IMG/VR virus record: IMGVR_UViG_3300032257_000479
Span: 105,506 to 169,505 of that record
Origin: a virus
Direction: 5' to 3' (one strand)
DNA length: 64,000 bases
The notes beneath the pieces were generated by a model, which did no database searches, was not told the DNA's origin, and worked only from the letters and a program-made list of their open reading frames with translations. Below are positions 1-8,927 of the stretch, piece by piece; the first letter of the stretch is position 1, and each line of letters starts with the position of its first letter. The translations under genes and the position numbers were made by a program.

Positions 1-935
1 TCTGCACCCTGCTGTTGCTGCTCATTTGCCCAATTTAGGCCTCTTTGTATAGCATTGCCTTTTTCCCCACCAGTTTCTCTGTTATTTATTTGTCCCGCGA
101 AATTATTAACTGACGTAACTCCATTTGTTAATTGTTCGAAGGTTGATTGAGGTAAATTAGAATCTATTTGATTAGCAAAATCGTTTAAACCAGCCTTCTG
201 AGCCATATTTATTAGATTTGCTTTTTCCTCAAAAGCGGTCCCAATCGCTTGAGTTAGCCTATTTATCGAGTTGTTCATTTCAACTTGACTGCCTGAATCT
301 ATAACTGCAGGATTCCATTTTTGCTTCAAAGCCTTACCTGGCTGAGACATGTCTTGCATCCTTCTTTTCCACCATTGAGCTTCTTTTACTAACTCTTCTC
401 CAACGCTTGCTATTTTAACAGCAGACTGAGGGTCGCTTTCAAACAAAGAAGAGGCTAATGTGAATGTTTGTTCGCTAGCTTCTATTAGCTGATCATAAGG
501 ACGCATGTTCATTTCGTCAATTGCTGCAAATATAGCATGCCCTCTTTCCATTCCGCTATCGATATGTGATTCAATAGTTTTAGCAAAGGCTATATCAAAG
601 TCCGATATTTTATCTTCTTTTGAGCTTGCATACTTATCCCAAGATGCATTTGATTTTCCTTGATTCGTATTGTTTATAGAATCAACATATTCATCATGAC
701 AAGATTCCCAAACTTTTTGAGCTGGCATTTCTGGGTTGTTTGCCCTTTTTTGTCTATAGCAATTTCCCCAGCATCGAGAGTTTCGTATCCAATAGCCCTG
801 AGATCCAACATATTGAGCTGTTTTTATATTAACAAGGTTTTTTGCAACTAAATCTAAAGAATCAGCAGTTCCACTGTTTCCTTTTGAGTCCAGCTTATTT
901 GCTATTTTTGTAATATTTTTAATAATAGAATCCAT
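1..935 (-). CDS. hypothetical phage protein, 3' end outside window (probable virion/head protein)
   Basis: Not in the ORF track. Read by eye from ATG at 935 (MDSIIKNITKIANKLDSKGNSGTADSLD...IKTAQYVG...). GAGG SD upstream; several K-x-A motifs. Confidence 0.8.
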   Translation of the reverse strand, partial: MDSIIKNITKIANKLDSKGNSGTADSLDLVAKNLVNIKTAQYVGSQGYWIRNSRCWGNCYRQKRANNPEMPAQKVWESCHDEYVDSINNTNQGKSNASWDKYASSKEDKISDFDIAFAKTIESHIDSGMERGHAIFAAIDEMNMRPYDQLIEASEQTFTLASSLFESDPQSAVKIASVGEELVKEAQWWKRRMQDMSQPGKALKQKWNPAVIDSGSQVEMNNSINRLTQAIGTAFEEKANLINMAQKAGLNDFANQIDSNLPQSTFEQLTNGVTSVNNFAGQINNRETGGEKGNAIQRGLNWANEQQQQGA

Positions 936-946
936 TTTTTACCTCG

Positions 947-1870
947 TTATATCCTAAATTTAGGTTCAAATTTATCGTCAAGAAGAGCAAACGCCTTTAT
1001 GTTTTTCATAATAAAAGCCCTAATACCTCCCACTGTTCGGTCATAAGTTACAAGAATCTCATTACCCGTGCTATCTGCATGAAAGGTTCCATGAGGCTCA
1101 ACTTCTCTTGCAACCTGCTTTCCATCCTTTGTTGTATACTCAATTCTCATTGGATTTCCCATAAACCCATTATCTATTTTCGGTTTAGCAAAATCTTCTA
1201 TTGCATCAAAAACATTTTCAAATTCAGGGACTCCAATTTGCTCTTCTGCTGGAAATAAGTCTTGCTCCGGAATGATTGGTTCAGGTATATCTGATGGCTG
1301 ATCAACAATCTGTTGAGTCTCTTCTTCGAATTCTTGATCTACTAATGAGTTACCAATATCTTCTGGTCCAATGAGAGGTAGTGCTTCATACTTTGATCTA
1401 GCGTCTTCTTTCTCAAATTCTTGTGGATCAGAAATATAATCAGTATCCATAAGTTGAGATTTCTTTATTTGTTGATTACCTTTTACTACTGCCGATTTTA
1501 TTTCTTTTTGAAAAACTAAACAAGTATCATTGTTGTCATCGGAAAGCTTTACTTTATCTCCGACTTTTATATTGTTTTCTTCAAAAAAACCAGCATTTGC
1601 TTCTACTGCATATAAACAATGACCATTGCTTTTTACTGGTTTTTTATTCAAAGGAGATATCATATCTATGTTTTTAATAAGGCCATCAGAATTAACAAAA
1701 GCTATATCTAGTGGTATTAAGGTATTTTCTCCCCAAAAACTTAATTGACGAGATCTAGAAAAAGTAAAAAGCATACCCTCGTTCTGTGGCATATTTTTTA
1801 CAAACATAAGACCGCGAGCCTGCTTTGCAGGAGTGTCAGCTAATTGCACATATAATCTTGGTTCATTCAT
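947..1870 (-). CDS. DUF192-domain protein with acidic linker and C-terminal WYL-like domain
   Basis: N-terminal LADTP..QARGLM..GMLF.F....FW..NT.IPLDIAF...YAVEANAG is the DUF192 pattern. C-terminal IEY...G....REVEP....ILVTYD....IRAF....I resembles WYL. Confidence 0.75.
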   Translation of the reverse strand: MNEPRLYVQLADTPAKQARGLMFVKNMPQNEGMLFTFSRSRQLSFWGENTLIPLDIAFVNSDGLIKNIDMISPLNKKPVKSNGHCLYAVEANAGFFEENNIKVGDKVKLSDDNNDTCLVFQKEIKSAVVKGNQQIKKSQLMDTDYISDPQEFEKEDARSKYEALPLIGPEDIGNSLVDQEFEEETQQIVDQPSDIPEPIIPEQDLFPAEEQIGVPEFENVFDAIEDFAKPKIDNGFMGNPMRIEYTTKDGKQVAREVEPHGTFHADSTGNEILVTYDRTVGGIRAFIMKNIKAFALLDDKFEPKFRI

Positions 1871-2081
1871 TTTCTATTATCTTTAATTTCTCATAATAAT
1901 TATTGTCTTCTGATAAATGATCCATAGCTATCTCTCTCGCTATTTTCTCATCGTTAGTGTGTTCTAACTCTATCTTTATCCCTGCTTTTAACTTTTCTTT
2001 ATCAAAATCAGATGGACTTAACTCATCAGCAATTCCGCCGTTCATTCTATCTTTATAATTTTGAGATTGTATTATTTTCAT
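1863..2081 (-). CDS. small phage protein (DUF5661-like)
   Basis: GIKIELEHT...AREIAMDHLSED..YY.KL motif, common in large phages. Confidence 0.65.
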   Translation of the reverse strand: MKIIQSQNYKDRMNGGIADELSPSDFDKEKLKAGIKIELEHTNDEKIAREIAMDHLSEDNNYYEKLKIIENE

Positions 2082-2452
2082 TGCTTGTTGTATTTAAAAC
2101 CTTTTCTATCTAAAGCATACTCAAAATAATCTGTATTATGCTTATCTACATTAACCGCTACGCCCCTGTTGCTGCTTTCTTCTAGGTTTATTTGAGCGCC
2201 ATATCTTGATCCATAATTCTTAAGCCACTCTTCTATCTCTTTTGTATTTGACATTAACTCGTATTTTACCGTGTAAATATCTTCAACTTTAGGAACTAAC
2301 TTGTTTTTCCTTATATCAAAAAATGGAACTATTTTTCCACCCTCAAACTCCAGCATTTTATTATTGTCTGAATCATACCATAAAAGCTTATTATTCACCT
2401 TCTCTTTGATAGGTGTTTGCTTTTTTGATATATCAATAATATAGGTTGTCAC
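2078..2452 (-). CDS. hypothetical protein
   Basis: ORF packed with neighbours by start/stop overlaps. Confidence 0.7.
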   Translation of the reverse strand: MTTYIIDISKKQTPIKEKVNNKLLWYDSDNNKMLEFEGGKIVPFFDIRKNKLVPKVEDIYTVKYELMSNTKEIEEWLKNYGSRYGAQINLEESSNRGVAVNVDKHNTDYFEYALDRKGFKYNKQ

Positions 2453-2886
2453 TACGAGTCTCTTTGTCTTGTATACCAGTTTTTGCTTACTTTAATGTTT
2501 TTTTGAGCTGTCTTTATTGAGCTTTTAGAAGATAAGGCAGAGGATGACGCAGACTTTTCAAAAGAAGATTTTTCTGTATTAAGAATTATCTCTTTTATAG
2601 CGTTTGCTCCTTTTGTTGTAACTTTCAAGTATTTCCCTTGAACCTCAACAAAACCTGAAGATTCCATCTTAGAAACTTCAGCTTGACTTAATTTTGGTGG
2701 TCTGCTAAATTTTCTATCTGATATTTTATTCTCCATATCAGACCACATACTATACAGCGTTTGAGCCGTTGGGTTATTTGATGAGCTAGGATTAATCATT
2801 ATCCTCATGTCACCAAGTTCTGGCATTGCGTCCATTAAAAAGTCTAATAACGATGTTTGTGCTTGCTTATTCATTATGAGTTCCAA
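2452..2886 (-). CDS. hypothetical protein (possible winged-helix-like core)
   Basis: Contiguous ORF. ME.SGFVE......VT.KG resembles a wHTH wing; contains KQAQ, KTAQ and KNWY motifs. Confidence 0.65.
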   Translation of the reverse strand: MELIMNKQAQTSLLDFLMDAMPELGDMRIMINPSSSNNPTAQTLYSMWSDMENKISDRKFSRPPKLSQAEVSKMESSGFVEVQGKYLKVTTKGANAIKEIILNTEKSSFEKSASSSALSSKSSIKTAQKNIKVSKNWYTRQRDS

Positions 2887-3605
2887 AGTAAGTCCCTGTG
2901 TGGGTATGGGTTTCCATCTTTATCATCGAATAGATATGGTTCATTTCTTATTTCTCTCCAGTAATAACCTTCATTTGGAGAATTGTCTTTAACATTATCT
3001 AAACCCATTCTATAGCGACTTTGATCCATTTTATCCGATTGTCTACCTGATGTCTCTTCCGCCACATCACCCCATTCAAAAACTCTTTCTTCCATAGGTA
3101 GATCAAGTCTTCCCCATGGACCTCCAAATCCTTTTGCGAACGTTCTTCTTTTTCGCTTGGAATGTTCTATGTATTTTTTCATGGTTGACATTATGTACAT
3201 GTCTTTTCTTATTAAATGAATCAACCACTGCAAACCAAGATTAAAATCAACTATTTTTAACATAAACTTAGAAGAAAATTTTCCGCTATCAGAGTTCACG
3301 ATGTTCTTTATTGCCTTCATTATAGGTAAAGGACATTTTGCATCAAGAGAAATGTCATAAAGACTTAAAACGGCATGCGAGAAAACTCTTTTCACTTGTC
3401 TATCCGAGTCTCCTGCTACAGGATTTTGAAGATCAACCAAAAGGTCTTTGTATATTTTTTTGACCAATTTGTCATTTTTCTTTATTCTGCCATCCAGTAA
3501 ATTGAACACTTCACTAAAAGAAGACCTCTCATTATGATAAATAAGCATTCCGTTTTCAAACGAAACGCCATTCATGGCCAATTCTTTTATAAGAAGATTA
3601 ATCAA
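2874..3605 (-). CDS. hypothetical protein
   Basis: 243-aa ORF, TTG start with GAGGA SD. Confidence 0.7.
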   Translation of the reverse strand: MINLLIKELAMNGVSFENGMLIYHNERSSFSEVFNLLDGRIKKNDKLVKKIYKDLLVDLQNPVAGDSDRQVKRVFSHAVLSLYDISLDAKCPLPIMKAIKNIVNSDSGKFSSKFMLKIVDFNLGLQWLIHLIRKDMYIMSTMKKYIEHSKRKRRTFAKGFGGPWGRLDLPMEERVFEWGDVAEETSGRQSDKMDQSRYRMGLDNVKDNSPNEGYYWREIRNEPYLFDDKDGNPYPHRDLLWNS

Positions 3606-3769
3606 TTCTTCTTCCTCTTCTTTTTATCTTTCTTTGGTTTTTCATTTGGATCATAAACAAGAGCTGCCGCAAAATCTCCGCCCTCAAGAAGGGACCAATA
3701 GTTCGTCATCAAAGATTTATCTTTATCACTTAAACGAGACTCAACAGACTTGGATATTATACATTTCAT
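3602..3769 (-). CDS. small basic hypothetical protein (55 aa)
   Basis: Below the track cut-off. MKCIISKSVESRLSDKDKSLMTNYWSLLEGGDFAAALVYDPNEKPKKDKKKRKKN fills the gap exactly. Confidence 0.6.
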   Translation of the reverse strand: MKCIISKSVESRLSDKDKSLMTNYWSLLEGGDFAAALVYDPNEKPKKDKKKRKKN

Positions 3770-3775
3770 GAATTA

Positions 3776-4657
3776 TCATTCAACCTCTATATTGTTATCA
3801 AAAACATCATTTATAATAATACCATTTTTTGCTGCTCGCTCCTTTGTTTGCTCGTTATCAACAAAACTTAGGTCTTCGCTTTTATCTGTTCCATCAATAA
3901 AAATGCTATCACTAGATTTTACAGCTTTCGGAGCGGAACCCTTTCTTACTGTAGATCCCTCTCCGGTTGGATCGTGGGCATACATGCCATCAGGGACATC
4001 TGTGCTTGTTCCTTTTGGGATACTATGAGTTTTTTGCAAAGACCCCATATCACTTTCTTCTGGAGAAGAACCAACAGAAACGCTAATCTCTTCAGACAAT
4101 GCATCGCCATCTGATCTACCTATTTTCTTTATTTTTTTTGAAGACTTTTTTTTTGATATTCTTTTAGTTGAAGATTTTTTCTTAGCTGTTTTCTTTTTTG
4201 ATACTCTTTTAGTTGAAGGCTTCTTCTTGGAAACTCTCTTTGTTTTCGGTTTCTCTGTTTCGACTATTTCAAAATCTTTTAGCTCCTCTACATCAACCAC
4301 CTCTATTGTAGACTCTTCGTCCTTAACCTCTTCTATATATCCAAGATCTAAAGCATTGTCTATTTCTGCTCCAAACAAATCATCTGAAACAAAAAAGGTT
4401 CCTCCTGAAGGTATGCTTCTTTTTATGCACTTAAATGAAAGAGAGTTTTTGTAATTGTTGATGTATTTTGAGCCAGTCGCCCTTATAGCTTCCGCTCCAT
4501 CAACTGCTTCAAGATATCCTGCCTGAATTGCAGCTTGAGTTGCTGAATCCTCAAACTGCTCCAATGTTAACATTACTTTTGAACCTGATCTTATTGTTTT
4601 GTTTATTGCCCTAATAAACAGTTCACCTTTTGCTTTTTTTGTAACTTGAACTTTCAT
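3776..4657 (-). CDS. hypothetical protein with duplicated N-terminal module and Lys-rich repeat region
   Basis: Two similar modules ending in A...GY(L/I)E.V; repeated TKR(V/I)SKKK. Confidence 0.75.
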   Translation of the reverse strand: MKVQVTKKAKGELFIRAINKTIRSGSKVMLTLEQFEDSATQAAIQAGYLEAVDGAEAIRATGSKYINNYKNSLSFKCIKRSIPSGGTFFVSDDLFGAEIDNALDLGYIEEVKDEESTIEVVDVEELKDFEIVETEKPKTKRVSKKKPSTKRVSKKKTAKKKSSTKRISKKKSSKKIKKIGRSDGDALSEEISVSVGSSPEESDMGSLQKTHSIPKGTSTDVPDGMYAHDPTGEGSTVRKGSAPKAVKSSDSIFIDGTDKSEDLSFVDNEQTKERAAKNGIIINDVFDNNIEVE

Positions 4658-4668
4658 CTATTCCCTTT

Positions 4669-5229
4669 CTATTGATTGTTTCTTATCCTATCGAAAATTC
4701 CTTTTCGAGTAGAATTATTGAACGGCTTATTCCTCTGAGTCATGTCCCCAGTCCCTGTTGGTCTATCCATGTTATTATCGTCCATCATGCGGCCAACCGT
4801 TTCATGAATACCCATAGGACTGTCTCCTCCAGGCTCTTGATCGTCCATTAAAGCTTGTCCAAAGTCTGTATTTAAACCAGTTCCATATTCTGTTTCGCTA
4901 TTATCTTTTCCCTTTTCTCTAAATGGATCATCTGGATCATGACCTGTGGGAGTCTTATTTCTTCTAGTGTTAGCATCTTCATCATTTGTTGCGGATGGAA
5001 TATCCGGAGCCTCTGCTGTCCACGATCTTCCGAATTCAGGTGCTGCTATATCAGGAGCTTGCCCAGGCATGCCTTGGCTACCAGGCGTAACGAGATTATA
5101 TCCCTCTCCATCTCCTGGATGTCTTGTTCTGTCATACGGATCTCCACGCATAACTTGCGGCTGAAAAGCCGTAGGAGCTTCCTCTCCCCTTTTTGCTTCT
5201 TTGTATAGTTTCAAATTAAAAGAACCCAT
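4669..5229 (-). CDS. low-complexity protein, probable head-internal protein
   Basis: G/D/P-rich; N-terminal FNLKLYKEAK. Confidence 0.65.
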   Translation of the reverse strand: MGSFNLKLYKEAKRGEEAPTAFQPQVMRGDPYDRTRHPGDGEGYNLVTPGSQGMPGQAPDIAAPEFGRSWTAEAPDIPSATNDEDANTRRNKTPTGHDPDDPFREKGKDNSETEYGTGLNTDFGQALMDDQEPGGDSPMGIHETVGRMMDDNNMDRPTGTGDMTQRNKPFNNSTRKGIFDRIRNNQ

Positions 5230-5238
5230 AAGTAAACC

Positions 5239-5955
5239 TCACTCAGAAGATAGTAATTCAGTTTTTGCTATCGTTAACTCATCGATTTTTTTGTTTTCTT
5301 CGCTTGTTAATTCTCTATTAGATGAAGATGCTTTATAAAACAATTGGAATATCTGCTCATCTATTTTTTGCAAAGATGAGGCCATAACCATTTTTTCATC
5401 ATTCTTTACAGCAGAATCACTGTGTGATGGATCGATTCCGTCTGCCGTTTCTCTTTCTTTTGTTGACTTAAATCTATCCGGGTGATTCTGCAGTTGACTT
5501 CCATTTGCTGGAACCTGAGAAACAATTGTCGTTTTCTCACCTGAAAGCTGAACACCAATTTCTTTATCCCAAAATTCAGTGCTTTGAGCATCATCTGCGT
5601 CTGCAAATTTTGCATAATATGACTGATCATAAGATTCTGCTAACAGATCATTTGGCTTGATATGAGGTCTAGGCTCATCATTTTGTCTGTGAGGATAATA
5701 TGATTTTCTGTTATCAATTTGATTTTCAGAAACTTTTTCAGGAGAACCTGATCTAGCTTCATCCATTCTATTTTCATGTGTAGTTATATTTTTTTCATCT
5801 TTTCTGTTTTCAGATAGCTTTCCTTGAATGGTCTCAACCTTTGCTGTAGAATCCACAGTATGGCCTCTGTCATCATTTTGAGATGACAGTCTCTTTGGGT
5901 AAGACTTTGATATCTCGTCTTTCTTTGCTTGTTTTCTTAAGTTAAACTTAGCCAT
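5239..5955 (-). CDS. hypothetical protein, probable head-associated protein
   Basis: AAGGAGA SD; N-terminal FNLRKQAK; directly downstream of terminase. Confidence 0.7.
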   Translation of the reverse strand: MAKFNLRKQAKKDEISKSYPKRLSSQNDDRGHTVDSTAKVETIQGKLSENRKDEKNITTHENRMDEARSGSPEKVSENQIDNRKSYYPHRQNDEPRPHIKPNDLLAESYDQSYYAKFADADDAQSTEFWDKEIGVQLSGEKTTIVSQVPANGSQLQNHPDRFKSTKERETADGIDPSHSDSAVKNDEKMVMASSLQKIDEQIFQLFYKASSSNRELTSEENKKIDELTIAKTELLSSE

Positions 5956-5997
5956 TTATGTCTCCTTGTCGAGAGCGTCCTCTCTTGTTTTTTTGTT

Positions 5998-7893
5998 TTA
6001 ATTAGACCTATTTTTCATTTGGTCAGCAACCTTTTGTCCCGAACCATAACCGTATGGCGTTCCTTGCATAGATCTCCAAACCTGATTACCACTATTTGGT
6101 GATACTGGCATATTGACCATTTTTCCTTGAGGGAGTTTGCTTATAGTTCTATCTATTGCATTAAAGCATGCTCCTGCAACTGCATCGCATATATCGTCTG
6201 AATTCACATCCGCATCAACCTTCGGCAATACCTTATACCCATTTTCTGTCCATTTTCTTTGCAAATTCTTCATTTCATGGTATAATAATTTATGTTCCGG
6301 TATTAATATTTTTTGATTTATAACTAATTGATAAAAATTATCATATATCTGTTGCTTATAGCTTCTTGAGAATGGAGTCTCTTTCGCTGGAACCCCATTT
6401 TTTCTCAAATTGTTAACACTAGCCTTACTATTCCATTGATCATATGTAACTAATCCAAAATGGAATCTCTTATGCATCTCTATCATATAGTTATCAATTT
6501 CTTGCACATTGATTGGATTATCACCAGTTGGTGTCCAATAATGAATATGATCCATTATTATTCTAAAATCTCTTTTTCCAGTCCCGCTATTAACAAACAT
6601 CTCTTGATGACATATCGCTAAAGCATAATTGTGACTAGATGTAGCAGGGTCCAAGTGAGCAAAGTATGTAACGCCTGGAAGCCCATGCATCACTTTTTTT
6701 ACTCTCTTTGATCTAAAGCATTTTTCAACATCATCTGCTGAAAAGAACGATTCGCCTGCAGTTCCTGAGAACTCCGCTCCAAACTCCATCGCAAACTTAG
6801 TGTCGCTCATGTTGGAATATTTTTCAAGAAGCATACTTTCAGTAACTCTCGGGTTAACGACCCAAGTTGGAGCTTTCATCATAAAAGCTGTGCTATTATC
6901 AGGAGCTTGGATGTAAAGGTCAAACAATATGCCCTCTTTGCCACGGGGTGTTGAAATACATATAACCTTACCGTCAATTATTCGTTTTATGACTTTTTCT
7001 CCGTCACTATCAAGTTCAGGTTCACCCTGATCATCAAGAACTTCTACTTGTCTAATGTAAGTCATCGTAGCAGGAACAAGGTTGTGATAGAGTTGATCGC
7101 CAGAAGAAGATCCCGCTGACTGCTTATATGTTCCGATTTCATCAAACAAAACAGCAAAACAAGAAAGACCAACAAGTGAGTTCGAGTTTGAGTGACCGGC
7201 AAAAATCTCAACAGAACCATGATTCTGTGTTAAACCTTTTTCTTTTAATATTTCGTTATTCTTTTTGTCTTCTGGTGTTCGCAAAAATATCTTATTATCT
7301 GTTGAATGGCCTATTTTGTCCGAAAAATATGGAGACTTATTTGCTTTATCCTTTATCTCTCTAAACAAAATTTTCGCCTGACCAGAAGAGTTAGCTATAG
7401 TAAGTATAGTTATAGGAGAAGCGGAACCAATTTTATATGTTGCATAAGGGTCTCCTCCTGGAGTTTCAAGAAGCCTCATAGCTTCATATAATGCCATAAT
7501 GGAAACGATAAAGTCTTTACCTGATCTTCGTCCCCAAATAAGAACAAGCTCGCTGAAAATTTCTTTATTCTCATACTTTTTGAGCATTCCGCCATTATCA
7601 TCTTCATCTAGCCCAAAATCTTTTATTAACTGTATCTCTTTTTCGTCTAATTCTAAATCCTCATTTCCTGGACTGCCTCTGTAAAAACATTTCAGCAATA
7701 TCTTCTGCATAGGAAAAAGAGTTATTGGTTGGGGATAGTATTTCATCCCTAACCATTTTTCATCTTCAATAAACTCAATGATACTAGGAAGGTTGTCGCT
7801 AAAACTTTTACTTATATTATCAGCTTTAACTTCATCTTTTAGATTACGAAGTAGTTCAGATAATTCTCCAGATTTTATCTTTTTCTTTGCCAT
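5998..7893 (-). CDS. terL: terminase large subunit
   Basis: Walker A GRRSGKD, Walker B VLFDE, motif III ISTP, RNase H-like nuclease with HLDPA, YDQWN and DDICDA. Confidence 0.92.
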   Translation of the reverse strand: MAKKKIKSGELSELLRNLKDEVKADNISKSFSDNLPSIIEFIEDEKWLGMKYYPQPITLFPMQKILLKCFYRGSPGNEDLELDEKEIQLIKDFGLDEDDNGGMLKKYENKEIFSELVLIWGRRSGKDFIVSIMALYEAMRLLETPGGDPYATYKIGSASPITILTIANSSGQAKILFREIKDKANKSPYFSDKIGHSTDNKIFLRTPEDKKNNEILKEKGLTQNHGSVEIFAGHSNSNSLVGLSCFAVLFDEIGTYKQSAGSSSGDQLYHNLVPATMTYIRQVEVLDDQGEPELDSDGEKVIKRIIDGKVICISTPRGKEGILFDLYIQAPDNSTAFMMKAPTWVVNPRVTESMLLEKYSNMSDTKFAMEFGAEFSGTAGESFFSADDVEKCFRSKRVKKVMHGLPGVTYFAHLDPATSSHNYALAICHQEMFVNSGTGKRDFRIIMDHIHYWTPTGDNPINVQEIDNYMIEMHKRFHFGLVTYDQWNSKASVNNLRKNGVPAKETPFSRSYKQQIYDNFYQLVINQKILIPEHKLLYHEMKNLQRKWTENGYKVLPKVDADVNSDDICDAVAGACFNAIDRTISKLPQGKMVNMPVSPNSGNQVWRSMQGTPYGYGSGQKVADQMKNRSN

Positions 7894-8474
7894 TAAATCG
7901 CACTTAAGTTCTGAGCAACAACTTCCCCAAACCAGTATGGAGATGATCCATCATCTACATAAGTTATTTTAAATATATCTGTTGCATTGAGGGTTTGCGT
8001 AACAGTTGGTCCTGTTCCGCCAGCCCAAAGAGAACCTGTTGGCCACGTTATATCTGCCGTTCCGCCAGCTTCAGTTTGTTTTACTATCAATAAGACTTCC
8101 TTAAAACGACCGTCCGTTGAATCAACTCCCGGTGGCTCATTTTGAATATCTAAAGTTGTTATATTGGTATCTAGGTTTATCTGAAAAGTCTCAGCAAGAG
8201 TTAGATCGATTGAAAGCGTCCCCACTGGACTCTCGATAACGCTTACGCTGCCAAGATTGGAATGAAGACTCCTGGAGTCTCTAAGAAGAGGTCTTCTCAG
8301 TACTCCATCATTCATATCCGCTTGAACCTGAGTTGTTGAAACATATATAGTTGTTCCTGTCCCATCTCCGCCAGTCACTCTTCTCAAAGTAGAATCCAAC
8401 CCAACTCCGGCATTAATTAGGCGGAATAGGTCTTTAAAAGTATCTGCAGGCGTTGTCCCTTGTAAATCTGTCAT
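7893..8474 (-). CDS. virion structural / tail-fibre-like protein
   Basis: T/G-rich beta content; LIVKQ..GG...ITWP...W.GG..P......D.F pattern typical of phage tail domains. Confidence 0.6.
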   Translation of the reverse strand: MTDLQGTTPADTFKDLFRLINAGVGLDSTLRRVTGGDGTGTTIYVSTTQVQADMNDGVLRRPLLRDSRSLHSNLGSVSVIESPVGTLSIDLTLAETFQINLDTNITTLDIQNEPPGVDSTDGRFKEVLLIVKQTEAGGTADITWPTGSLWAGGTGPTVTQTLNATDIFKITYVDDGSSPYWFGEVVAQNLSAI

Positions 8475-8927
8475 TTAAAAATTACTCCATCCAAGCTTAT
8501 CCCAAGCAATGTTTATATCTTCCCAATTATCGTCAATATCCTGCCATTGAGCAGCCTTTGTTCCGGAAAGCGTAACTGTATATCCTAGAAACCTTGATAT
8601 TGAAGCAAACGTTGGGTCCACCTCTAAATATTGGTCAACGAGAAATTCATCTATTGTGTCGTATCCATAATTAGTTAAAACATGCTGATTCAGTGCATTT
8701 ACAGCCTTTATCATTGGCTGATTCAAATTAGCGTGTTTATTTGCAACAAGAGAATATGTTGAAACAATGCTGTTAAAAAACACGTTTCTATATCTTTCTG
8801 ATGACGCAATGTCCATACTTTGCAGGTTTGTTATCATGCAGTTAAAAGGCTCTAGGGCATCTGACCCCAATCTTTGGGACTCTCCTAGTATGTCCGAAAT
8901 AACCTTATAGCTAACTGTTCCTATCAT
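8475..8927 (-). CDS. hypothetical structural protein
   Basis: Contiguous ORF; C-terminal W-x-D-I repeats. Confidence 0.65.
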   Translation of the reverse strand: MIGTVSYKVISDILGESQRLGSDALEPFNCMITNLQSMDIASSERYRNVFFNSIVSTYSLVANKHANLNQPMIKAVNALNQHVLTNYGYDTIDEFLVDQYLEVDPTFASISRFLGYTVTLSGTKAAQWQDIDDNWEDINIAWDKLGWSNF

